This document shows positions 9,637 to 18,349 of a DNA stretch of 64,000 nt, piece after piece. Numbering within the stretch: position 1 is the first letter of the stretch; every line of letters starts with the position of its first letter. The stretch is from Candidatus Magasanikiibacteriota bacterium. GTDB taxonomy: Bacteria; Patescibacteriota; Patescibacteriia; Magasanikbacterales; GWA2-37-8. The translations under genes were made by a program, and so were the position numbers. The notes beneath the pieces were generated by a model. The model worked only from the letters and a program-made list of their open reading frames with translations. It had not been told where the DNA came from and searched no databases. Location of the stretch: positions 17,045 through 81,044 of the forward strand of contig CALRGC010000001.1 in NCBI GenBank assembly GCA_943357105.1. Reading direction: 5' to 3'.

Positions 9637-10017
9637 ATGAATATCCTTGCTATTGATTTTGGAACGAAAAATATTGGCCTGGCCTGGAGCGATACCGGGA
9701 TTGGGGTGGTGTTTCCGTTTGGGGTGATTAAGAATGAGGATAAGAATAAAGCTAAAAAAGAATTGCTCGATTTTATTAAAAAAGAACACGCGGAAAAATT
9801 GGTAGTGGGTCTGCCGCTTTCTCTGGATGGCGCGGAAAATAAAAACACTGAGCGTATTCGGGAATTTGTTGCAGATTTAAAAACCGATATCAAAGTAGAA
9901 TTTTTTGACGAGCGGTTTTCATCGGCGCAGGCGGATCGCTCCGAGGGTGGGGTGAGTCGCGATGAAAAATCGGCCATGATAATTTTGGAGGGATATTTGC
10001 ACAAGCTAAAAAAATAA
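9637..10017 (+). CDS. ruvX: YqgF/RuvX family nuclease
   Basis: ILAIDFGTKNIGLA, VVGLP, DERFSS; start moved to ATG 9637 because the longer ORF begins inside the repeat. Confidence 0.88.
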   Translation: MNILAIDFGTKNIGLAWSDTGIGVVFPFGVIKNEDKNKAKKELLDFIKKEHAEKLVVGLPLSLDGAENKNTERIREFVADLKTDIKVEFFDERFSSAQADRSEGGVSRDEKSAMIILEGYLHKLKK

Positions 10018-10020
10018 AGC

Positions 10021-10728
10021 ATGTATTCCTTTGTTCTCAAGCGTTCTGATTTGCGTGAGCAGGACCAAATAGTGACCCTGTATACTTTGGAAAAAGGCAA
10101 AGTGGACGCTTTGGCGCGCGGGGTAAAAAAAATACTTAGCAAAAACTCGGCCTATCTGTTGCCGGTTTTTTTGATTGATGCCGAAGTGTTGTCCGGCAAA
10201 GAAGTAAATCATCTTACCAAGGCTGTGCCGGTATTTGTCTATAAAAATATTTTGGAGGATTTGAGTAAAATGAGTTTATTGCAAACGGTTTTCAAATGGG
10301 TAAATATTTTGACCAAGTACGAGCGCGAACCAAAAATTTTTCTTTTGATAAAAAGTTGGTTGGAATTTTTGGATGCTACGGATAAAGTGGAAACGGCTTT
10401 GGCGTATGGATTTCTGGGAAATATTTTAACGCATTTGGGGTTTGCGCCTGAGCTCGACAATTGTATTTTTTGTCAGAATAAAAATAATTTAGTGGCTTTT
10501 TATCCGGCCGGTGGCGGGGTGGTTTGTAAAAATTGTTTTTTGCTCAAGAGGCAGGCGGACAATAAAATTTATCCACTTCGAGCCATAGATTTACAGGCTA
10601 TGAGCTTGCTTTTCGCCAGTAATTGGCAAAAAATTCTGAGTCATAATACCGAGATTGCCAATCGGTTGGTATTTTTATATGGGCAATATCACAGTGAGCG
10701 AAAGTTGAATAAAATTAAACTTTTTTAG
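10021..10728 (+). CDS. recO: DNA repair protein RecO
   Basis: E.DQIVTLYT..GK..A.ARGVKK, zinc finger CxxC...CxxC. Confidence 0.88.
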   Translation: MYSFVLKRSDLREQDQIVTLYTLEKGKVDALARGVKKILSKNSAYLLPVFLIDAEVLSGKEVNHLTKAVPVFVYKNILEDLSKMSLLQTVFKWVNILTKYEREPKIFLLIKSWLEFLDATDKVETALAYGFLGNILTHLGFAPELDNCIFCQNKNNLVAFYPAGGGVVCKNCFLLKRQADNKIYPLRAIDLQAMSLLFASNWQKILSHNTEIANRLVFLYGQYHSERKLNKIKLF

Positions 10729-10812
10729 TCAGTGGAGTGTGTTTTTATAAGTTATAATTATTTACTTTAAATTAAAATTATTGTAAACTATGTTCATAGT
10801 TTATTGAATTTT

Positions 10813-11901
10813 ATGCAACCGTATATTCCAGAGTCCCTGCCACTCAAAGAGTTAAATTGGGATAAGTATGTTTCTCTGATAGGCAAAGCTAATGCAGAAG
10901 TAGCCAGATTTGATGGTTTGCTACAAGGAATGCCAAATCCAGAAGTTTTGTTGTCGCCTCTTACTATGCAAGAAGCGGTTTTATCTTCCAAAATTGAAGG
11001 TACTATGGCATCTTTAAAGGATGTTTTAGAGTTTGAAGCTGATCCGCAAAAGAAAACAGAAAAATATGATGATATTCAAGAAGTTTTAAATTATAGAAAG
11101 GCAATGCGTTTTTCAGTAAAGGAAATGGAAACCCTGCCTCTGGTTAATAGGCTTATAAAAAATGTACATTCAATATTATTAGACAGTGTTCGCGGACAAA
11201 ATAAACAACCGGGTAGTTTTCGTAGTGGTCAAGTACATATTGGTAAACCAGGGAGTACCCTGGAAACCGCCACGTATGTTCCTCCTGTTCCAAATACAGT
11301 ATCGGATTGTATGAATAATTTGGAAAAGTATTTTCATTATGATGAAAAAGATTTTTTAGTCCAACTGGCCATCATTCATGGACAATTTGAAATTATTCAT
11401 CCGTTTTGGGACGGGAACGGTCGTATTGGTAGAATATTATTACCATTATTTTTATATTACAAAAAAGTTTTATCTACACCAATGTTCTATTTGAGCGCCT
11501 ATTTTGAATCTCACAGAGAAGAATACTATGATAAATTATTACATGTATCCAAGGATAAAGATTGGGATAGTTGGATTATTTATTTTTTACAAGCAATTAT
11601 AGAACAGTCACGAATAAATATAAAAAAGGCTACCGCAATCCATGCTCTGTATGATTCAAAAAAAGAAGAAATAATGAATCTTACCAACTCAAAGTACGCT
11701 ATTAAAACTTTAGATTTTATTTTTAGCTATCCTATTTTTAATAGCACCAATTTTATTAAAACATCCAAAATACCAAAACCTAGTGCTATGAGGGCTTTGT
11801 CGGCTTTAGAGAAAGGTGGTTTATTGAAGAAGATTCATGGTGGTTCCGGTAGAAAACCAGCCACCTATGTATTTGCTAAGTTGTTATCCATAGTTGGGTA
11901 G
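10813..11901 (+). CDS. Fic family protein (N-terminal inhibitory motif, C-terminal wHTH)
   Basis: HPFWDGNGRIGR Fic motif, SSKIEG motif. Confidence 0.9.
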   Translation: MQPYIPESLPLKELNWDKYVSLIGKANAEVARFDGLLQGMPNPEVLLSPLTMQEAVLSSKIEGTMASLKDVLEFEADPQKKTEKYDDIQEVLNYRKAMRFSVKEMETLPLVNRLIKNVHSILLDSVRGQNKQPGSFRSGQVHIGKPGSTLETATYVPPVPNTVSDCMNNLEKYFHYDEKDFLVQLAIIHGQFEIIHPFWDGNGRIGRILLPLFLYYKKVLSTPMFYLSAYFESHREEYYDKLLHVSKDKDWDSWIIYFLQAIIEQSRINIKKATAIHALYDSKKEEIMNLTNSKYAIKTLDFIFSYPIFNSTNFIKTSKIPKPSAMRALSALEKGGLLKKIHGGSGRKPATYVFAKLLSIVG

Positions 11902-11919
11902 TAGTGTATCATGTAATCA

Positions 11920-11984
11920 ACACTAAATATCTTGTGTATCAAATATTGAAATAAATGACACACTAAATATCTTGTGTATCAAAT
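11920..11984. repeat. 25-bp direct repeat, two copies at 40-bp period
   Basis: ACACTAAATATCTTGTGTATCAAAT at 11920-11944 and 11960-11984. Confidence 0.9.
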
Positions 11985-12027
11985 GGCATATTTAGTATCT
12001 TAGTGGCTATATTTAGCCATTATTTTA

Positions 12028-12189
12028 TTTGAGTTGAGAATTAGAGGACAACAGGAAGTTCGTTTAATTTATACATTCCATAGTAATAAAGCTATAGTTT
12101 TGCACGGATTTTTGAAAAAGTCTCAAAAGATTCCGCAAAAGGAAATTGCTATAGCACAGAAAAAATTATTTTTACTTGACATGGTATAA
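12028..12189 (+). pseudogene. 5'-truncated RelE/HigB-like toxin remnant
   Basis: Reads FELRIRGQQEVRLIYTF...VLHGFLKKSQKIPQKEI; in-frame TAG at 12001 and no start codon. Confidence 0.75.
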
Positions 12190-12204
12190 CATATATGTTA
12201 TATT
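12176..12204 (+). promoter_or_regulatory. Promoter overlapped by an 18-bp perfect palindrome (likely antitoxin operator)
   Basis: TTGACA-17 nt-TATATT containing TATAACATATATGTTATA (12185-12202). Confidence 0.65.
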
Positions 12205-12212
12205 AAATATGT

Positions 12213-12488
12213 ATGAAATTATATACCAAAATTAAAAGTCAACTTCTTAAAGATAAGCTAACTCGTAAGGCCTATAAAGACCTGGGTGTGGAATTTATGT
12301 TAGCACAAATGGTAATCGAGAAACGCCTTGCCAAGGGATTTACTCAAGCCACTTTGGCCCATAAATTAGGCACTAAGCAGTCCGCAATCGCGAGGCTTGA
12401 ATCTGGTAATTATAACCCGTCCCTAGCCTTTATGGAAAAAATTGCTAAGGCGCTAGATACAAAATTGAAAATTTCTCTAGTAAAATAA
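12213..12488 (+). CDS. XRE/HigA-like HTH antitoxin
   Basis: GFTQATLAHKLGTKQSAIARLESG..NPSL. Confidence 0.88.
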   Translation: MKLYTKIKSQLLKDKLTRKAYKDLGVEFMLAQMVIEKRLAKGFTQATLAHKLGTKQSAIARLESGNYNPSLAFMEKIAKALDTKLKISLVK

Positions 12489-12566
12489 TGACCATCAGGG
12501 TCGTTATTTTTATAATAATCAGTACCTTGCCTTTTTTAGCTTAATTTGATAAGATTTACCTGTTTT

Positions 12567-12591
12567 AGATTCCCGTTTTCACGGGAATGAC
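12567..12591. repeat. Single ATTCCC-N8-GGGAAT-GAC palindrome (REP/dRS3-like)
   Basis: AGATTCCCGTTTTCACGGGAATGAC immediately before asnS. Confidence 0.5.
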
Positions 12592-12600
12592 AATATAAAT

Positions 12601-13893
12601 ATGAATATCCTTATTAAAGAAATTTCCAAACATGTCGGCGAGACCGTGACTATCAAAGGCTGGCTCTACAACAAACGCAGTAGCGGGCCAATCGCCTTCC
12701 TGGAATTGCGTGATGGTTTTGGGTTTGTGCAGGGTGTGGCGGTGCAAAACACTCTGGCTCCGGAAGTGTGGCAGGCTTGTGAAGATGTGACTCAGGAGTC
12801 GTCTATTGAAGTGTCCGGTGAAGTCACCAAACATCCAAAAAAAGAAAATGTTTTTGAATTGCAGATAAAAGATTTTAAGATTTTGCAAAAGGCCGTGGAT
12901 TATCCGATAGCGCACAAAGAGCATGGTCCGGATTTTCTCATGGACAATCGTCATCTGTGGCTACGTAGCAAACGCCAGTGGGCGATTTTGCGCGTGCGTG
13001 ACGCGGTGATTATGGCGATCAATGAATATTTGCATCAGCAGAATTTTATCAAGACCGATTCACCGGTTTTCACGCCCAATGCTTGTGAAGGTACGACCAC
13101 ACTTTTTGCCGTGCCATATTTTGATCTGGGCGAAGCGTTTCTTTCTCAGTCCGGTCAGCTCTATATTGAGGCGGCGATTGCGTCGGTGGGCCGCTGTTAT
13201 GATTTTGGTCCGGTGTTTCGCGCGGAAAAAAGTAAGACCAAACGCCATCTCACTGAATTTTGGATGATGGATGCCGAGGGCGCGTTTGTGGAACATGAAG
13301 AAAATTTGAAAATTCAAGAAGGTTTGGTGCGTCATATTGTGCGCTATTGTTTGGAACATTGTATGGAGGAACTCATTATCTTGGAACGCAATATTGAAAA
13401 TCTCAAAAAAGCCGACGCTCCGTTTACGTGCTATACTTATGATGAAGCGATAGTAAAATTAAACGCGATGGGTAGCGATATTAAATATGGTGAAGATTTG
13501 GGCAATGATGATGAAGGACTGCTGACCAAAGATTCGGAAGTGCCGGTCTTTATCGAAAAATGGCCAAAGAGTATTAAACCATTTTATATGAAACGATCGG
13601 CGGAAAATCCAGATTTGGTTTACAATGATGATTTGATTGCTACTGAAGGTGGCGGTGAATTGATCGGTGGTAGTCAGCGTGAAGATGATATTGAATTATT
13701 GATTGCTTGCATCAAAGCCGAAGGACTAAATGAAGCGGACTATAGCTGGTATACAGATCTGCGCAAATATGGCAGTGTGCCACATTCCGGATTTGGTATT
13801 GGGCTAGAGCGCGCGGTGCGCTGGATCACCGGTGTGGAGCATATTCGCGAATGTATTCCGTTCCCACGTACCATCAGCAGATTGAAACCATAA
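12601..13893 (+). CDS. asnS: Asparagine--tRNA ligase
   Basis: OB fold, SQSGQLY, FRAEKSKTKRHLTEFWM, PHSGFGIGLER. Confidence 0.93.
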   Translation: MNILIKEISKHVGETVTIKGWLYNKRSSGPIAFLELRDGFGFVQGVAVQNTLAPEVWQACEDVTQESSIEVSGEVTKHPKKENVFELQIKDFKILQKAVDYPIAHKEHGPDFLMDNRHLWLRSKRQWAILRVRDAVIMAINEYLHQQNFIKTDSPVFTPNACEGTTTLFAVPYFDLGEAFLSQSGQLYIEAAIASVGRCYDFGPVFRAEKSKTKRHLTEFWMMDAEGAFVEHEENLKIQEGLVRHIVRYCLEHCMEELIILERNIENLKKADAPFTCYTYDEAIVKLNAMGSDIKYGEDLGNDDEGLLTKDSEVPVFIEKWPKSIKPFYMKRSAENPDLVYNDDLIATEGGGELIGGSQREDDIELLIACIKAEGLNEADYSWYTDLRKYGSVPHSGFGIGLERAVRWITGVEHIRECIPFPRTISRLKP

Positions 13894-13898
13894 AATTA

Positions 13899-13940
13899 AA
13901 ATAAAAAATCACTCGATTATTTCGGGTGATTTTATTTTTT
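13899..13940. terminator. Bidirectional intrinsic terminator after asnS
   Basis: AAAATCACTCGA-TTAT-TTCGGGTGATTTT with A/T tails. Confidence 0.7.
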
Positions 13941-14000
13941 ACCTTTTCGTCCTGAAAAAATATTTTGGACTCATCAGTGACAGCGTTACTGTCAGAAGGT
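13941..14000 (-). ncRNA. Type III hammerhead ribozyme
   Basis: Minus strand reads ACCUUC UGACAG-uaacg-CUGUCA CUGAUGA GUCC-loop-GGAC GAA AAGGU: full core, three stems, UUC cleavage triplet. Confidence 0.88.
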
Positions 14001-14100
14001 GTGGAGAATGGGCAGTCATTCTCCGGCCCCCTTTTTGTTTTTTAACTTTACCTCCTGGTTAGTTATTATTTTTTGACGTATCGCTCTGCCGGCGATCGTC

Positions 14101-14454
14101 TTACTGATCCAACTGATCGCAACTCACCGTGATCAAACGGTGTTGGTCGAATTGAGTCCCGCCGCTGAGATCGTAGTTGAGGCTGAGTTGGTTGAGGATC
14201 ACGAGGTGCTCTCTTGGTCCCTGAGAAAAAACCGTTTCACCGGCTTGCTTGGTGCATGGGGAGAAGAAGCGCCCAGGCGTCCCATTGATATTGGGACAGG
14301 ATTGCTCCAAGATCGTATGTTGAGCGGTGACGCCTTTGGCGATACCGATCGCATTGATATCACGGAGCTTCAGACCAGCAGTTTCGCACCGTCGTACCAA
14401 TTCGCTTTCGGTGATGCACTCCAGAGCCAGTTTGTTCAGATCTGCCTTGTTCAT
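14101..14454 (-). CDS. GC-rich orphan hypothetical protein (about 117 aa)
   Basis: AAGGA before ATG 14454, G/C third-position bias, own promoter. Confidence 0.6.
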   Translation of the reverse strand: MNKADLNKLALECITESELVRRCETAGLKLRDINAIGIAKGVTAQHTILEQSCPNINGTPGRFFSPCTKQAGETVFSQGPREHLVILNQLSLNYDLSGGTQFDQHRLITVSCDQLDQ

Positions 14455-14570
14455 TGTTTCCTTGTCGTCCGTTTTGCCCACGGAACCGGGGAAAGAGCGT
14501 TGCTGAAATTAGGCCTCAGCCGACTGTCTACTCTAAAATAGATAATCGGTTAGTGTCTAACTTATGGCAG

Positions 14571-14599
14571 ATAATATCTTCTATTTTTATGTTTGTCAA
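14571..14599 (-). promoter_or_regulatory. sigma70 promoter for the orphan gene/hammerhead unit
   Basis: TTGACA-17 nt-TATTAT on the minus strand. Confidence 0.65.
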
Positions 14600-14609
14600 C
14601 CCTGTTCGT

Positions 14610-15182
14610 TTATTCTTTTTTTAGCGAGATTTTTTTAATAAATTTTTTAGTTTGTTTTGTTATTCTAATAGTGTATTTATCCGCATTTTTTGTTTTTATT
14701 TTATACAAATTAGCCTTAAAATTTAACCGAGCGATCATTTTTAAAACTTCATCGGCTAATTTCGGTATTATTGTTACAAAATTTACCATTATATATCCTC
14801 GATCGGAATAAATGGATCCGTCGGTTTCTATTAGTCCGCGCAGACATTCAATAGAAAATTTTTTATTATTCAATATCCATTTTGGTATTTTAATATTTTG
14901 TTTATGTTTCGGCCCATTATTTGCTTTCCAGCCAAGCAATTTTTCCCATTGATTGGAATAACAGCTGATATCGCAACAATTTTGTTTTCTGGTGACTATA
15001 GAAATTTTATTTTTAGACATTATTTCTCGTATAACTTCAATAATCCTTTGTCGCAATTTAGGATATTTATTATCACAAGTAATCCGTAGTCGTACGGCGC
15101 GTCCGTTGGGATTAGAAAGATTACCGTCGCCAATGGCGAGGCCTATTAGATAAGCTAGTTTACCCCTCCTAGTTTGAAGCAT
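14610..15182 (-). CDS. Free-standing two-motif LAGLIDADG endonuclease-like protein
   Basis: LAYLIGLAIGDG and CLRGLIETDGS motifs, intein-HEN-like KIPKWI; ATG 3 nt after the tRNA CCA. Confidence 0.8.
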   Translation of the reverse strand: MLQTRRGKLAYLIGLAIGDGNLSNPNGRAVRLRITCDNKYPKLRQRIIEVIREIMSKNKISIVTRKQNCCDISCYSNQWEKLLGWKANNGPKHKQNIKIPKWILNNKKFSIECLRGLIETDGSIYSDRGYIMVNFVTIIPKLADEVLKMIARLNFKANLYKIKTKNADKYTIRITKQTKKFIKKISLKKE

Positions 15183-15185
15183 ATT

Positions 15186-15270
15186 TGGTGCCGATGGTGG
15201 GACTTGAACCCACAAACCCGAAGGCACATGATTTTGAGTCATGCATGTTTACCAATTTCATCACATCGGC
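15186..15270 (-). tRNA. tRNA-Leu(CAA)
   Basis: GCCGATG acceptor stem, CTCAAAA anticodon loop, long variable arm, GTTCAAGTC T-loop, encoded CCA. Confidence 0.93.
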
Positions 15271-15358
15271 GCGGTTGCAACTCAATATTGCCAGCTAATT
15301 ATAGTAAATCTTTTGTTTTTTGTCAACCTTATGATATAATATTGCTACTAATAATTTT

Positions 15359-16126
15359 ATGTCTGTAGTGATCTCTGTAGTCAACCAAAAAGGCGGAGTG
15401 GGTAAGACTACTTCGGCCGTAAATCTCGCGGCCGGTCTCGCGGAAGCGGGTAAATTTGTGCTCCTTGTCGACCTAGATCCGCAGGGAAATGCCACTTCGG
15501 GACTGGGAATAAAATATCGTGAGCTGGCCAGTGGGCTCTATAATGCGCTGATGGGTCAGGCGCGCGTGCATGATGTGATTGCCAATACTTTGCATACCGG
15601 ATTGCGCGTGGTGCCAGCTACCGCCGACTTGGCAGGCGCCAATGTGGAGTTGGTGAGCGTGGATGGTCGGGAGCGCAAGCTGTCGGATCTGCTCGCTGAG
15701 GTGCGACATGCCTATGATTATGTGATTATTGATTGTCCGCCATCGCTTGGTATTCTTACGCTCAATGGTTTGGTGGCGGCGGACTACATCCTTATTCCAG
15801 TACAAGCCGAATATTACGCGCTCGAAGGTTTGGAACAACTTTTGAAAACTGTAGATTTGGTTCGTGAAAATATTAAGCCGGAATTAAATGTGCTGGGCGC
15901 GATTCTCACCATGTTTGATAGCCGCAATAAACTATCCGAAGAAGTAATGGGTGAACTATATAAATTTTTTCCAAATAATATTTTTCGTTCGGTCATTCCC
16001 CGCACCGTCCGACTGGCTGAAGCGCCCAGTTATGGAAAAAGTATTTTTCACTACGAACCAAAAGGCAAAGGCGCGAAAGCGTATGAGCGCCTCACGCGCG
16101 AAATTTTAGATTTATTTGAAAAATAA
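15359..16126 (+). CDS. parA: ParA/Soj ATPase
   Basis: NQKGGVGKTT, DLDPQGN, IDCPPSLG, EAPSYG. Confidence 0.95.
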   Translation: MSVVISVVNQKGGVGKTTSAVNLAAGLAEAGKFVLLVDLDPQGNATSGLGIKYRELASGLYNALMGQARVHDVIANTLHTGLRVVPATADLAGANVELVSVDGRERKLSDLLAEVRHAYDYVIIDCPPSLGILTLNGLVAADYILIPVQAEYYALEGLEQLLKTVDLVRENIKPELNVLGAILTMFDSRNKLSEEVMGELYKFFPNNIFRSVIPRTVRLAEAPSYGKSIFHYEPKGKGAKAYERLTREILDLFEK

Positions 16127-16127
16127 T

Positions 16128-16976
16128 ATGTCATTAGGACGAGGATTAGGCGCGCTTATAACGCCCACCGGAAAAAATAATTCAGTCAGTGTCAGTGCCG
16201 ATGAAGGTAAAGTTTGGTTTATACCGCTGAGCAAAGTGACGGCTGATCCCAATCAGCCGCGTAAAAAATTTAATCAAGAGGAATTAAATCAATTAGCCGC
16301 GTCAATAAAAGAGCATGGCGTGCTTCAACCGATTTTGGTAGTAGAAAAAAACGACGGTGGTTATGAGTTGGTGGCTGGTGAACGCCGCTGGCGTGCTTCG
16401 CACATCGCGGGCATGACCACAATTCCGGCTTTAATTAAAAAATTGGCCGATCAACAAAAAGTAGAAATTTCTTTGATTGAAAATATTCAGCGCCAAGATT
16501 TGGATCCGATCGAAGAAGCCTTTGCGTATAAAAGATTGATGGAAGAATTTAATCTCACTCAGCAACAGGTGGCGGATAAAGTTGGCAAGAGTCGTCCGGC
16601 GGTGGCCAACGCGGTGCGATTGTTGGATTTACCGGTAGAGGTGCAGGCGGCTTTGGTAGAGAGGAAGATAAATTCTGGTCAGGCGCGTGCCTTGTTGGCT
16701 TTATCGACTGAAAAAGAACAGCTAGATATGCTCGCCTCGATGATGGGAGAAAAAATCACCGTGCGTGAGATTGAGCGTGAAGCCAACAAACAAAAAGTTT
16801 TGCATCATCGGCCGATTCGCAAAGATGCCAATCTGTTATTTTTGGAAGATAAATTGCGGGCGGAGTTTGGGACAAAAGTTAATATTACTCAAAAGGGGGA
16901 TAGAGGGACCGTCGTGATTGATTATTATTCGCAGGAGGAATTGAAGCGGGTGATTAAAAAATTACTTGGTGAATAA
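16128..16976 (+). CDS. parB: ParB/Spo0J partition protein
   Basis: LGRGLGAL, QPRK, GERRWRA, ENIQR, HTH. Confidence 0.95.
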   Translation: MSLGRGLGALITPTGKNNSVSVSADEGKVWFIPLSKVTADPNQPRKKFNQEELNQLAASIKEHGVLQPILVVEKNDGGYELVAGERRWRASHIAGMTTIPALIKKLADQQKVEISLIENIQRQDLDPIEEAFAYKRLMEEFNLTQQQVADKVGKSRPAVANAVRLLDLPVEVQAALVERKINSGQARALLALSTEKEQLDMLASMMGEKITVREIEREANKQKVLHHRPIRKDANLLFLEDKLRAEFGTKVNITQKGDRGTVVIDYYSQEELKRVIKKLLGE

Positions 16977-17164
16977 ATTTTTAAAATAAAAAAGACTTTG
17001 GATTTTTTACCTGATAAAAGTTCGCATAATTGGCTATAAATTTTCGTTATGGCCCTAAGGGTAGGGCCATTGGCCTTACGGCCACCACTCAAATTTACTT
17101 AACGCCAATTAGGGGCTCACTTTTATGCGGTAAAAAATCCAAAGTCTTTTTTATTTTAAAAATT
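16976..17164. repeat. Palindromic T-shaped element, family A copy 2
   Basis: 36-bp perfect outer inverted repeat; core matches 3789-3946 with compensatory changes. Confidence 0.85.
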
Positions 17165-18235
17165 GAGGTGCCAATTTGGGTCTGCCTTTATATCCTCCCA
17201 TTTTGTATAATTATTCTTTTGGGCTTGGTAATATCCGGCCACGGCAATCATCGCGCCGTTATCCATGCAGTATTTTAATTCTGGGCAGAGGAATTTTGTG
17301 TCTGGGAAATTGTCGGTAATATTTTTTTGTAAACATTCCCGTAGTTTTTTATTGGCGCTGACGCCGCCAGCCAGCACCAAAGTTTTTGGTTTTATTTTTT
17401 CTACGGCCTTGAGAGTTTTATAGGCCAACACATCTACTATCGACTGTTCAAAGCTGGCGCAGAAATCTTCGCGGGTGATTGGGTCACCGGAGATACCTAG
17501 TCGGCTTGGCAACCAAGAAAAAATTTTTCCAATTCCAGTAGGATTTACAGCAGCTAGTTTATGATCCCGTAGCCAATACAGTGCGGCGGTTTTTAATCCG
17601 GAAAAAGAAAATTCAAAATTATTTTCTTTGATCATCGGACGCGGTAAATTTATCGCGTCAGTTTTGCCATTCATCGCCAGTTTGGAAATTTGAGGACCAC
17701 CGGGATAGGGAATATCCAATAATTTAGCGACTTTATCAAAACATTCACCAGCGGCATCATCTTTGGTGGCGCCGAGCACTTTATAACTTCCCGGTTCATT
17801 AATTTGGACTATTTCAGTATGACCTCCGCTCACGACTAGAGCAATCGCGGGATATTCGATTTTTTGTCCCGGCGTTAATTCCACCGAATATACATGACCC
17901 TGGAGATGATTGGTCGCAATAAGTGGGATGTTCCAGACCATAGATAAAGTGCGAGCGGCTTCCACGCCCACAATCAATCCGGTGATTAAGCCAGGTCCAG
18001 CCGTGACCGCGATGGCGTCAGGTTTCGGTTGGTCTTTGAGAATTTCTTCAATCAGTGGAATAATTTTTTCGGCATGCATGCGTCCGGCGATTTCCGGCAC
18101 TACACCGCCGTATTTTTTATGCACATCAATTTGCGAAGCAGTTTTTTCGGATAACACAACACAGCCTTGTTCACTACAATCTAGTAGTGCTACGGAAGTA
18201 TCATCACAAGATGATTCAATGCCAAGTATAATCAT
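17156..18235 (-). CDS. tsaD: tRNA threonylcarbamoyltransferase TsaD
   Basis: ILGIESSCDDT, HLQGH, VSGGHT, DNGAMIA. Confidence 0.95.
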   Translation of the reverse strand: MIILGIESSCDDTSVALLDCSEQGCVVLSEKTASQIDVHKKYGGVVPEIAGRMHAEKIIPLIEEILKDQPKPDAIAVTAGPGLITGLIVGVEAARTLSMVWNIPLIATNHLQGHVYSVELTPGQKIEYPAIALVVSGGHTEIVQINEPGSYKVLGATKDDAAGECFDKVAKLLDIPYPGGPQISKLAMNGKTDAINLPRPMIKENNFEFSFSGLKTAALYWLRDHKLAAVNPTGIGKIFSWLPSRLGISGDPITREDFCASFEQSIVDVLAYKTLKAVEKIKPKTLVLAGGVSANKKLRECLQKNITDNFPDTKFLCPELKYCMDNGAMIAVAGYYQAQKNNYTKWEDIKADPNWHLNF

Positions 18236-18349
18236 AAAATAGTGAAACTATTTAATCATAATTTTTCTCTCTTGGCAATAAAAACAGAACCCCACCGGCA
18301 TGTGCCGGTGGGGGAAAGACTGTCGTGATACGCATCGGCTTGACGCGCA

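Noticed and set aside
11920-11984. Possible CRISPR array
   Set aside because: Only two 25-bp copies with a 15-nt gap and no cas genes in the window
14140-14541. 133-aa plus-strand ORF
   Set aside because: Shadow of the minus-strand ORF, which has the RBS, promoter and codon bias
14610-15182. Intein or group I intron hosting the LAGLIDADG ORF
   Set aside because: No splicing motifs or host exons are visible, and the tRNA is uninterrupted
15359-16976. Plasmid or prophage partition module
   Set aside because: Chromosomal Soj/Spo0J-type sequences among housekeeping genes, with no phage or replication genes nearby
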